38,813 nucleotides of DNA, taken from IMG/VR virus record IMGVR_UViG_3300046000_005732, positions 1-38,813 of that record; one strand, written 5' to 3'. This DNA comes from a virus (lineage: Duplodnaviria > Caudoviricetes). The notes under the pieces were generated by a model, which saw nothing but the letters and a program-made list of their open reading frames with translations, ran no database searches and was not told the origin of the DNA. Below, piece by piece: positions 20,184 to 28,890 of the stretch; position 1 is the stretch's first letter; each line of letters starts with the position of its first letter. The position numbers and the translations under genes were made by a program.

Positions 20184-20617
20184 TTTGCAGTCGCCTTTAA
20201 CATCCAACCATGTTTCTGATGCATATCTATTCTATCTTGTAAGAAATTAGCTAGCCCCAATTCCGATGCCTTGTCGGCTTCTTGATATGCTTGCATTAAT
20301 GAAATAATAACAGTATTATTATCTACAATTAAATTATTTACCATCGATTTCGCATCCGGTACACCAGTTAATGTTTCCATTACAGTAGATAATCCTGTTA
20401 ATTCTGCCAACGATACAGGGGTGTAACTATCCATTGCTCTAAGATGTTCGGCAATAGGGTCAACCGCATTGTATAATTCTTCATACAAGTTTCCAAAGAA
20501 TTCATGTAGTTGCGGAAAAAACATTCCTTCTACATTCCAATGATATGTATGGGTTTTAAAATACATTACAAATGTATTTGCCAATACTTTTTTAAGCGCT
20601 GTTTGCAATTCATCCAT
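20180..20617 (-). CDS. dps: Dps / DNA-binding ferritin-like protein
   Basis: KTHTYHWNVEG..F..LHEFF..LYEE....VDPIAEHLR ferroxidase motifs; HQKHGWML end. Confidence 0.93.
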   Translation of the reverse strand: MDELQTALKKVLANTFVMYFKTHTYHWNVEGMFFPQLHEFFGNLYEELYNAVDPIAEHLRAMDSYTPVSLAELTGLSTVMETLTGVPDAKSMVNNLIVDNNTVIISLMQAYQEADKASELGLANFLQDRIDMHQKHGWMLKATAK

Positions 20618-20618
20618 C

Positions 20619-22472
20619 TTATGGCTCCAATTGATTCACTTTTTTCATCATTTTATATGAAGGAGAACGGGTCGAACTAAATTCTAATTGATCTCTATGG
20701 ACATCTTGTCTGTCTTTTTCATGTGCTACTGCCAATTTTTTATTCATCGGCTCGTTCATAAATGTTTTGAAAGATATCAAGCCTACCGGTTTTCCGTCAA
20801 TGGTTTCATCATGTATAGGGTTATCTATTCCATGGAACACATCTTTAATGTCCGAAAAATTAATATCTCTATTATGAGTAGGTGGATCCGGCTCATAAAT
20901 CTCTTGTATCTTTTTGCGGAAGTTAGAGTAATTGGGTTTCATAGTTCTATTTTCTTTAACAACTTGTTTGTCGGTTATTATTCGGGCTGGATGCACTTTA
21001 CGGTTATTTCCTTGTGCTTCTATTTTTATTGCATAGTCTGAAGTATCAACACCTTCAGATGTGTCTTCTGCCCCATAAGTATTAATAGTTGATCCAATCT
21101 CATTTGCAAAGTTTGTATCCTTATGCATACTTAAATTTGACATAATTGTCAAATGCTTTTCCATGTATGCAAGGTCTTTATCCGGATAACCTAACATATT
21201 TAAAGTATCATGTGCAATTGCAAATTTCATTATAAAATTATGCACTGTTTCTTGATCTGCATAGCCATTTTTCATTGCGGCTTTTTCTATTCCTAAATAT
21301 TGATCTGTTGCTTGTATTGCCTGCAGTACAAATTTAGGATTAAGTTTAGAGTTTGCCATCAACTCTTTAAGTTGCTTAGATGCATCTGCACACATATGAA
21401 GATTTGTTGTTTTATAATCTTGATATGTTATTTCTTTTTGTGTACTTAACATTTCGGATAATGCCTCTTTAGACATTAGAAGAGCTGCTTTTTGCTCACT
21501 AAATCTTTTCTTATATGTTATTACCGGTTCAGATATTTTTGAGCTAAATGGTTTGCCAGTATGTTCAACAATGTCTTTTAACCAATGCTTAACTGTTTGT
21601 CCATTTTCTAATTTCATAGTAACATAGGTAGATCCTCTAAAAACAATTGGACCTATATCTCCATTAGTAGTTTCTACAACTTCATTTAATTTAAAAATTT
21701 CGTCATTAATATACGCTTCTCTAATAGAAACGCACATTCCCTTTTCTTGACTCCAAGTTTCCCCGGGTGTTACGCATTCCGTAGGTTTGTTAGGAGTTAT
21801 ATTTTGCATATATTTTGTACCGCCTGGAGTACCCCAATCAAATCTGTAAGGATTTTCATAATCCTCAGTTACCTTTTTCTTAGGTTGTAATCCCGTCTTT
21901 ACATCATCGAATACTTCTTTTGCGTGCTCAGTATTTGCAGCAAGTTTTGTAGGAAGATTCTTTTTGAATTCTTTAAAATTATTATTGACTGCGTGATTCC
22001 GCATATCCGTTCCAGATATACCTTCAGTTCTTTCACCGGTACTTGCAGTAGAGATAGATTTAAAGTTGTAAAAACCATGTTTACCGTGTTTACCATTATA
22101 TTCTTTAATTCTGTCGTAATCTTCTGTGCGATCTGCGCCACTAGCAAGAACTACATGCTTATATCCTTGATCGTGAATATTTGATAACTGATGAAAAATT
22201 GTAGGATGTTGCTTGTCTGAAGTTTTAATATTTACAGCAGGAAAGGCTCTCTGCAGATGTTTTAATTTTTGTGCAGGAGCCAGCGGATTCTTTTTATTAT
22301 CTTGCGAATGTGAAGCAATAACCAAATGATCCGCATTATGTTTTTTTGCGAAACCGGTCATTCCATTGATATTCTCCTCATGACCACGGGTCATTGGATT
22401 CATGCGACCATTCAAGACGACAATCGTGTCTTTTTTGGTTGACTCTTCTTTAATGTAGTCTTTAAATTTCAT
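20619..22472 (-). CDS. Cytidylyltransferase-like (HIGH-family nucleotidyltransferase) domain plus a long C-terminal extension
   Basis: GRMNPMTRGH, SQDNKKNPL, SGADR and ISGTDMR motifs; MKFKDYIKEE leader. Confidence 0.8.
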   Translation of the reverse strand: MKFKDYIKEESTKKDTIVVLNGRMNPMTRGHEENINGMTGFAKKHNADHLVIASHSQDNKKNPLAPAQKLKHLQRAFPAVNIKTSDKQHPTIFHQLSNIHDQGYKHVVLASGADRTEDYDRIKEYNGKHGKHGFYNFKSISTASTGERTEGISGTDMRNHAVNNNFKEFKKNLPTKLAANTEHAKEVFDDVKTGLQPKKKVTEDYENPYRFDWGTPGGTKYMQNITPNKPTECVTPGETWSQEKGMCVSIREAYINDEIFKLNEVVETTNGDIGPIVFRGSTYVTMKLENGQTVKHWLKDIVEHTGKPFSSKISEPVITYKKRFSEQKAALLMSKEALSEMLSTQKEITYQDYKTTNLHMCADASKQLKELMANSKLNPKFVLQAIQATDQYLGIEKAAMKNGYADQETVHNFIMKFAIAHDTLNMLGYPDKDLAYMEKHLTIMSNLSMHKDTNFANEIGSTINTYGAEDTSEGVDTSDYAIKIEAQGNNRKVHPARIITDKQVVKENRTMKPNYSNFRKKIQEIYEPDPPTHNRDINFSDIKDVFHGIDNPIHDETIDGKPVGLISFKTFMNEPMNKKLAVAHEKDRQDVHRDQLEFSSTRSPSYKMMKKVNQLEP

Positions 22473-22499
22473 GAGATCTATTAGAATATAATGTTCTAT

Positions 22500-22507
22500 T
22501 ATTTATA
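22500..22507 (-). promoter_or_regulatory. T4 late promoter TATAAATA
   Basis: Perfect consensus 28 nt upstream of 22472. Confidence 0.8.
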
Positions 22508-22523
22508 TGTTTTGATTGTTTGG

Positions 22524-24200
22524 CTATCTAGCTATTTGAGCTACGGATATACGAACAGATGGTATTGCTGGAGCAAAAGTAGTACTAGGAGGAGCATCCA
22601 ATCTAACACTAGTAGAATCTGCCGCCCAATATATCTCAAATCTATCATTAAATACCATACTAACAAAAAAGTTACCAGCAAGAACTGTTTCTACTCCATT
22701 TCCAGTAATTGATACTCTTCTTGCGGAAAGAGGAATATCTAATCCGTTTTTTCTTGCCCAAACCCATACGTCTTTTGCAGCTGCATTCGTAGATACTAAT
22801 TGTAAATTATATTGAATATCATATAGGCCATAATTGCCATTCATTAAGATATTTGCCCCGTTTGCAAATATACCATTCGAAAAATTAACTATGTTATATG
22901 TAATAGCATACGGCGTGTTTATGACGTTTGCAGTTTGGGATACGTTGCTAGAGAACACGCCATATGGTCTTCGATATTCGATAGTTGGTCTCACTAACAG
23001 TATACCATCTCCCACATCTGCATGTATAACTGCCGCCACAGAAATAACTGCATTTGGAGAAGTTGGGCGGACTTTTGTAAGTGCACCGGGGATACCAGGA
23101 TGTCCCCATAGTAAATCTCCGCTATACCAAACTTCATTAACTAAATTTCCGGTAGTATTAAGATTCCTAACTTCACCAAATGTCGTTGCTCTACCTATAG
23201 TATTGGGGAGTACGTCAGTTGTTAAAACTCCAACCGTGTACAGTTGATCTGCGGTAGTATTTGATATATACGGTTTACACGTAACAACAAAATTACATGC
23301 CTCAAATTGCACGTTCGCCCCAGTATCAATGACTCCGGCAAATTCTACAAACGTACCATTGTATAATACATTACTAGTATTATTATACACTCGTATATAT
23401 TGTTCTAGTCCAACCTGCAATACCGATCCATCTTTATGATATATGTCTAAGCAATCTTGCACGGTATTCCATGCAGTTAACCCAGGAACAACATTTGCAT
23501 TTGCACCATACCCATTGGTATCATACCGCATTGATCTAATAGGTCCTTGATCTCCGCTAACTTGACCAAAGAAAAATTTACCATACGCATCGCCGCGTGG
23601 ATCAGGATTCCACCTAAGAACTTGATCTGTATTTCCTATAGATGATCTATCAACATCGTCCAACATCCTAAATTTAGTTTCACCGGATCCTGGTCCAGCT
23701 ACTGCGATTTTGCCAATTGTTGCTTCTAGAAATTTTAATTTACGTTGTATGTCTTCAAAATTCTTTGATACTGGATCAGGGTCGGGCTGTTGAAAACTGT
23801 CCTTCGGTGCCTCACTTATAAATTGGGCGGCTCTTTCGGCAAGAGTTTTTTCGATGGTTGGGGTGGGGATGGGTATTTCTTCAACAATGGAGGATTCTTC
23901 GATGGTGTTCTTTTGTACCAGCTCATTTAGTATCTCCGTTTCTGGTTCATTTAAAATAGACAATACTTCATCTAACGTAGGCGGCAAGGGATATTCAATA
24001 ATTTCAATTATTTCCTTTTCCAAATTAGCAGTCTTAAACGCTTCCATTAGGTCATTTAACGCATTTTTCTTTATTGACGCGTGCGCATCTTTTTTAATGG
24101 AATTAAATGATTCGACCTCTTTAATTAATGCCGGATCGATTTCTTGACCTAACGATTTGGCAAATTTAGCCAAAAGCTCTTTTTCTTTAATACTTTTCAT
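22524..24200 (-). CDS. Virion structural protein with an acidic N-terminus and a C-terminal TNF/C1q-like beta domain
   Basis: GSGE.KF.MLDDVDR motif; PYG.FSS..SQ...PYAITY...G.Y.IQYNLQL C-terminal pattern. Confidence 0.55.
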   Translation of the reverse strand: MKSIKEKELLAKFAKSLGQEIDPALIKEVESFNSIKKDAHASIKKNALNDLMEAFKTANLEKEIIEIIEYPLPPTLDEVLSILNEPETEILNELVQKNTIEESSIVEEIPIPTPTIEKTLAERAAQFISEAPKDSFQQPDPDPVSKNFEDIQRKLKFLEATIGKIAVAGPGSGETKFRMLDDVDRSSIGNTDQVLRWNPDPRGDAYGKFFFGQVSGDQGPIRSMRYDTNGYGANANVVPGLTAWNTVQDCLDIYHKDGSVLQVGLEQYIRVYNNTSNVLYNGTFVEFAGVIDTGANVQFEACNFVVTCKPYISNTTADQLYTVGVLTTDVLPNTIGRATTFGEVRNLNTTGNLVNEVWYSGDLLWGHPGIPGALTKVRPTSPNAVISVAAVIHADVGDGILLVRPTIEYRRPYGVFSSNVSQTANVINTPYAITYNIVNFSNGIFANGANILMNGNYGLYDIQYNLQLVSTNAAAKDVWVWARKNGLDIPLSARRVSITGNGVETVLAGNFFVSMVFNDRFEIYWAADSTSVRLDAPPSTTFAPAIPSVRISVAQIAR

Positions 24201-24258
24201 TGACTACCTATTGACATGATGTTATCATTTGCTATGTATCCTATTAAATATTCTACTT

Positions 24259-24861
24259 TTATTCTAAGGGTTTAGATTCATTACCTTGTACGTGATGTGC
24301 ATAAAACTGGGTTGAAGGATGTTTAGAACGTAGCTGTAAAAAAGTCTTTAAATTAGACTTACTGTCATCGTACATATGAACATCGTTATACTTATGTTTA
24401 TTGATGTAGCCATGAATAACGATTGCTTTTTTCTCAGCAGGAGTTCCTTCTTTATTGATGTTACCTGCGCGAATTACGTGTATCTTAGACATATTGATAC
24501 CGTGTTTTTTGAATGTACCTAAAAACTTATTCTTATCGTCAAAATTTGCTCTTGCAGTGTTAAATATTACATGGTGGTCTGTTTTAGATGTAACATCCTT
24601 TACCTTATTTATCATGCTATGTATAGGAGTAGATTCTTTACTAAATTTTTCAGCGTTTCTAAATTCGCCAAAATCATAGCTATGCCCCTTAGGTAGATGA
24701 TGGTCGTTAAACTCTTGATTAGTTAGAGACTTTACCGTCTTACCTTGAGGATTTTTAACATGGATTTTTGCTGTTGTATGTAGTAGTGTATCGTCAATGT
24801 CAAAAATATGCAATGATTTTTTACCAACAGCTTCAGTTAAAAAAGACTTAAAAGTTTTCAT
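24259..24861 (-). CDS. HAD-superfamily phosphatase (PNK-phosphatase/RNA-repair HAD-like)
   Basis: IFDIDDTL (DxDxT), NTAR, K and YDDS..NL motifs; start MKTFKSFLTEA at 24861 (TAATG overlap). Confidence 0.85.
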   Translation of the reverse strand: MKTFKSFLTEAVGKKSLHIFDIDDTLLHTTAKIHVKNPQGKTVKSLTNQEFNDHHLPKGHSYDFGEFRNAEKFSKESTPIHSMINKVKDVTSKTDHHVIFNTARANFDDKNKFLGTFKKHGINMSKIHVIRAGNINKEGTPAEKKAIVIHGYINKHKYNDVHMYDDSKSNLKTFLQLRSKHPSTQFYAHHVQGNESKPLE

Positions 24862-25157
24862 TAGCAATTCCACTTACGCAGAGCTTTATTTATTCTTGAA
24901 TCAGGATCATTTGCTGTTTTTGCAGAAGTCAATTTAGACTTCATTCCGCCCATACGAGCACAAAAAGACTTACGTCGATTTGCAGCTTTGCTACCAGGTT
25001 TTAGTTTCGACGGTTTAGTAGTAACGGCAGTTTGTAATTTACTACCCGGATTTTCTCGTCTATAAGCCATAACACCGGCCTTAGTTAATCCGCCTTCAGG
25101 ATTTTTATACTTATTATCCTGCCAATCTTCGTCTAAATATTCTTTGAATGTTTTCAT
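24861..25157 (-). CDS. Small basic conserved phage protein (DUF6321-like)
   Basis: KNPEGGLT.AG...YRRENPGSKL...RRKSFCARM...DPDSRINKALRKWNC. Confidence 0.75.
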   Translation of the reverse strand: MKTFKEYLDEDWQDNKYKNPEGGLTKAGVMAYRRENPGSKLQTAVTTKPSKLKPGSKAANRRKSFCARMGGMKSKLTSAKTANDPDSRINKALRKWNC

Positions 25158-26326
25158 TTGTTTAAATTCTGTCCAGAGAAACCTTCTTTACTTCTATTTA
25201 CGACTTTAGCTACCGAACCATCTTTATAACCAACTACAAATCCTTCCGGATTCGTAGGCTTACCGTTAATAGTGTGTTTTTGATTTTGACCTGAGTTTTC
25301 TAAAGTCTTTAATAGAATATTTTTTGCTTTATCTAAATGTTTATGTGCATTAAATAATTCGCCAAAATGTTCTTTATTCTTTTCTACATGATGTAGCATT
25401 TCTAATTTCTCATTAAATTTACGCATCTTTGTTTCTGGTCTTTTAACTTTTTCTACTTCTTTTTGCATTGATTCATCTAAATGTGACGCATATCCTGCAG
25501 TGCTAGGAGTTGCGCCCGTTCGCACTGTTTTGTTTATATATGTTTGTAGATGAGGAGTGTGTCCTTCTACTAATTGATTATGCTGTTTAATATTTCCTAG
25601 ATGTTCTTTTGCTTTGGAAAGATGTTTTGCAAAATCTTTTCTATCATTTAAATTGTAATCGACATTTTTTTTATTTAATTTATTATGAAAAATATGTACA
25701 TCTGAACTATTGTGAAATTTCGAAGTATCTACTTCGTACTCTGGCTCTGGCGTATCAATTCTAGTATGCAACGATACACTTATTTTTGCTCGTTTTACTG
25801 CCTTGCCTTCTTCCGAATTTGCAGGATAATGATATTTAATTAAATTTTCTTTATGAGTTATCTCATCGCCTTCTTGATTAATTGTTTTATCTTTTTTACT
25901 GCCCATAAAGTCGCCCTGATACACACCATGTAACGGTGACAGAATCTTTTTACCGTGTTCTAATAACTGACCCATTTTAGATTGCAATCCTGCAGAGTGT
26001 CCAAATTTCTCATTTACGTCATCTTGATTAAACGCATACCCCTTTGTAGCGCCTTTATATGCCACACCAAATTCTTTACTACCGGATTTGGGATTTTTAA
26101 CATATCCCATTTCGAAAGAAGGTGATCCATCTGCTTTAATGACTACTGCCTTGGTGGCGGATGGCTCTCCGGATAGATGTTTGTGTAATTCCTCTAATCT
26201 AGATACATCAGCTTCAGATTCTTTTTTGCCAAAGAAGTGAGCCTCGCCTCCAAGATGAGTTAAATGTTTTGTTGCTTTAGATTTTTCAGCAACTTCTTCT
26301 GATAGAAAATTAAGAAATGTTTTCAT
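25154..26326 (-). CDS. DUF6267-like protein with ATP-dependent ligase-type motifs
   Basis: KHLTHL start; IKADGSP (KxDG), YQGDF, EGFVV and KVVNR. Confidence 0.7.
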   Translation of the reverse strand: MKTFLNFLSEEVAEKSKATKHLTHLGGEAHFFGKKESEADVSRLEELHKHLSGEPSATKAVVIKADGSPSFEMGYVKNPKSGSKEFGVAYKGATKGYAFNQDDVNEKFGHSAGLQSKMGQLLEHGKKILSPLHGVYQGDFMGSKKDKTINQEGDEITHKENLIKYHYPANSEEGKAVKRAKISVSLHTRIDTPEPEYEVDTSKFHNSSDVHIFHNKLNKKNVDYNLNDRKDFAKHLSKAKEHLGNIKQHNQLVEGHTPHLQTYINKTVRTGATPSTAGYASHLDESMQKEVEKVKRPETKMRKFNEKLEMLHHVEKNKEHFGELFNAHKHLDKAKNILLKTLENSGQNQKHTINGKPTNPEGFVVGYKDGSVAKVVNRSKEGFSGQNLNK

Positions 26327-26327
26327 A

Positions 26328-27341
26328 TTAATGCTTTAACAGAGATGCGCCAGGTTTAGCGATAAATTCCGGTGTCTTTGTTGGTCTACCTTTATTTACT
26401 GCTTGGATATTTAATAAAGGTTTTCCACCTTTACCGGTAATAGACATAGTTGTGCCTTCGCCCTTTTTAACCGATAATTCGTCTTTGTGATCTGCTAAAA
26501 TTTTATTATAGTGTTCTCTGGTATCAATTATACTATGTTTACCTTCTGAATTCGTACTTGCCATTAATACTTTAGTATTAGTTGGTCCTGCAATATGATT
26601 TAACACTTGCTTATGTAATTCGCTTGGAGTCATTTTACTTAAATGTTTATGTAGCGTATTAATCATCTCTACTCTAGATGAGTGTGAAGATTTTTCTATA
26701 GCATCCCCGACATCCGTGCCTCGCAAGGCTTTATATCTAGTGTGCATTTCTGCAGCAGATGTGGTTTTGCTTGCGCCCAAAACCTTTCTAACCGCCGCCA
26801 TATGTCCTTCATGGGGATTGGCTAATTTAGTATGATCTACACCATATGTGTCGGACAATGTCTTTGGAGTTTTATTCTTAAGAGTAGGGGCATTATTCGC
26901 GTATTTCATACTAAAACCAAGATGCTCAACAGTACCTTTTGGTTTGGTAGAACCGGCACCGTGCACCAAAGTAGTCATCAAATCCGATTCATTGTTTGGA
27001 TCCTTTTTGCCGGTAAAATGCTCAATATCTTTAGTTTGAGATGTCCACGCAGTCTTATCTACTTTACCTTTAAATCCGCTGGATTTTATAAAATTGTGTA
27101 AATGTCCTGCCATTTCCTTCGCATGTGTACTAATACGATCGTAGGTTTCGGGGCTAACCTCATCCTTTAATTTATTATGTATATCTTCAGGCAATTGTCC
27201 TTCTTCTCGATAGGATTCTACGTGCTTTCCTTTGTTGAAATGCATGCCTGTTAGTAGCTCATGTAATTTACCCTCTGCGTCGGATGCTTTTCCTGTTTCT
27301 CTTGCCGCTTCTATGAGAAAAGATTTGAATGAAGTTATCAT
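26328..27341 (-). CDS. Hypothetical protein, possible PD-(D/E)XK nuclease-like fold
   Basis: GKLHE...ESDLM...GFSMK spacing; MITSFKSFLIEA leader. Confidence 0.45.
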   Translation of the reverse strand: MITSFKSFLIEAARETGKASDAEGKLHELLTGMHFNKGKHVESYREEGQLPEDIHNKLKDEVSPETYDRISTHAKEMAGHLHNFIKSSGFKGKVDKTAWTSQTKDIEHFTGKKDPNNESDLMTTLVHGAGSTKPKGTVEHLGFSMKYANNAPTLKNKTPKTLSDTYGVDHTKLANPHEGHMAAVRKVLGASKTTSAAEMHTRYKALRGTDVGDAIEKSSHSSRVEMINTLHKHLSKMTPSELHKQVLNHIAGPTNTKVLMASTNSEGKHSIIDTREHYNKILADHKDELSVKKGEGTTMSITGKGGKPLLNIQAVNKGRPTKTPEFIAKPGASLLKH

Positions 27342-27369
27342 GATTGTCCATTAGAATATTAATCAACAA

Positions 27370-27377
27370 TATTTATA
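27370..27377 (-). promoter_or_regulatory. T4 late promoter TATAAATA
   Basis: Perfect consensus 29 nt upstream of 27341, just downstream of a terminator. Confidence 0.8.
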
Positions 27378-27394
27378 TTCTAAGTAATCGAGAT

Positions 27395-27419
27395 AAAAAA
27401 AGGGCGACCAAAGTCGCCC
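27395..27419 (-). terminator. Rho-independent terminator separating the early block from the late block
   Basis: GGGCGAC-TTTG-GTCGCCC hairpin followed by T7 on the minus strand. Confidence 0.9.
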
Positions 27420-27442
27420 CAAAGGGGTAATGAAGTCTAGAG

Positions 27443-28009
27443 TTAGATTCTAGAGGCCCAGGCTTGCACCACGGGATGAATTACATCATCTGTATAATCC
27501 ATTTTCATTGTATTCACAATAGCTAGCACTATTTGAATGTTGCCTTTAACGTAGCCTGCATTAGAATTAATTCTATCTACGCTAGGCCTATACGGATTTC
27601 TCTTAGCCTTTGTACCGATTTCCATATTAAATGCTAATCCGGTTAATTGACATTTACCGTCGCAAGAATTAAAAATCTTTTGAATGTACTCAGGAGTAAG
27701 ATTAAACTTAAGAATCTTACCTTTTTTCTCAAACGCAACAACCCGAGCTTTTAGTGATTTGAATTCAAGATCACCAAATTTACTTGGATCTGCCTTTTTC
27801 GCCTTATGCCATTCACGCAATTTTTTACGAATCTTCGCAGCTTTCTGAGGAGTTAAACTCTTCTTATTCTTCTGATACTTCCAGCTAGAATATGCGGTTG
27901 CAATGTCTGCCTCTTCATCAGTTAAAGGTCTAGCTTTAAGTGCGCGAATTTTGTAAATACGATCTGCTTCTTTGCGGAATGCAACATCATCAAAATTGTA
28001 AATGCTCAT
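27443..28009 (-). CDS. HNH/His-Me finger-like endonuclease family protein
   Basis: GKCQLTG...PSVDRINSNAGYVKGNIQIV...VNTMK motif. Confidence 0.65.
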   Translation of the reverse strand: MSIYNFDDVAFRKEADRIYKIRALKARPLTDEEADIATAYSSWKYQKNKKSLTPQKAAKIRKKLREWHKAKKADPSKFGDLEFKSLKARVVAFEKKGKILKFNLTPEYIQKIFNSCDGKCQLTGLAFNMEIGTKAKRNPYRPSVDRINSNAGYVKGNIQIVLAIVNTMKMDYTDDVIHPVVQAWASRI

Positions 28010-28036
28010 AATATATAGGTAAGATTCTATCTAAGA

Positions 28037-28288
28037 TTAGCCGCGGCTAAATGCGTCGCTACCGTGCAATTGATACGCAGCTGCTACCATTTTGCGGCTA
28101 GGTGTACCCATGCGATAGGCAGTTTTGCCATTCTTAGTTGAGTTTGTGTAAATAGCAAACCCTTCAGCACGAAGTTCGCTAATACGAGGACGGACTGAAT
28201 CTTCAGTAGTACCTGCCAACCCTGCGAGTTGCGAAGGAGTAAACTGACGACCAGACTCTAGTACTTTCAAAATACGATCTTTTAACAT
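28037..28288 (-). CDS. Winged helix-turn-helix DNA-binding protein
   Basis: FTPSQLA....TEDSVRPRISELRAEGFAIY followed by a wing (YRMGTPS). Confidence 0.8.
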   Translation of the reverse strand: MLKDRILKVLESGRQFTPSQLAGLAGTTEDSVRPRISELRAEGFAIYTNSTKNGKTAYRMGTPSRKMVAAAYQLHGSDAFSRG

Positions 28289-28340
28289 ATGATCTCCATT
28301 AAAATAAAAAAAAATTATAGTAATTATTTACTATATTACA

Positions 28341-28369
28341 ATTATAACAGACTTCAATAAAGAAGTCAA
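28341..28369 (-). promoter_or_regulatory. sigma70-type early promoter TTGACT-N17-TATAAT
   Basis: Consensus hexamers with 17 nt spacing upstream of the HTH gene. Confidence 0.85.
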
Positions 28370-28380
28370 TTACAAGTTGT

Positions 28381-28641
28381 TCATTTATGACGGCGATGCT
28401 GACTAACAATATCTTTTTGATGTTTAATCAAATATTCTCGCCCTGCAATGCCATCCTCTACATCTGAAATTGCTGCACTAATTAAACTGCGAGCAGTATC
28501 TGCGGATTGATGTTTCTTTAATTCGCGAGCACGTGCACTTGCAATTAAAACCATATCATATAATCCACCTGCTTTTTGAGCAGCAAGCTGAGACGTATAA
28601 CGACCTTTGTCTACAATATTTTCTACGTTTAAAATTACCAT
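28381..28641 (-). CDS. rpoZ: RNA polymerase omega subunit homologue
   Basis: RYTSQLAAQKAGGLYDMVLIASARARELK...AISDVEDG aligns by eye with RpoZ [28 protein letters not shown]...ALREIEEG; start at 28641 downstream of the tRNA. Confidence 0.8.
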   Translation of the reverse strand: MVILNVENIVDKGRYTSQLAAQKAGGLYDMVLIASARARELKKHQSADTARSLISAAISDVEDGIAGREYLIKHQKDIVSQHRRHK

Positions 28642-28658
28642 CGTGTTACCTTTATAAA

Positions 28659-28737
<79 letters not shown>

Positions 28738-28758
28738 AAAACTATTTTACTACAAATT

Positions 28759-28842
28759 TGGTACCCGGAGCCGGACTCGAACCGGCACACCTTTCGGCGA
28801 GAGATTTTAAGTCTCTTGTGTCTACCATTTCACCACCCGGGC
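28759..28842 (-). tRNA. trnL: tRNA-Leu(UAA)
   Basis: Cloverleaf with a long variable arm, loop CTTAAAA, encoded CCA. Confidence 0.95.
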
Positions 28843-28858
28843 ATTAATTAATAAACAT

Positions 28859-28887
28859 ATTATATAACATTCTATTAAAATTGTCAA
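28859..28887 (-). promoter_or_regulatory. sigma70-type promoter TTGACA-N17-TATAAT
   Basis: Perfect consensus upstream of tRNA-Leu. Confidence 0.9.
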
Positions 28888-28890
28888 GCA

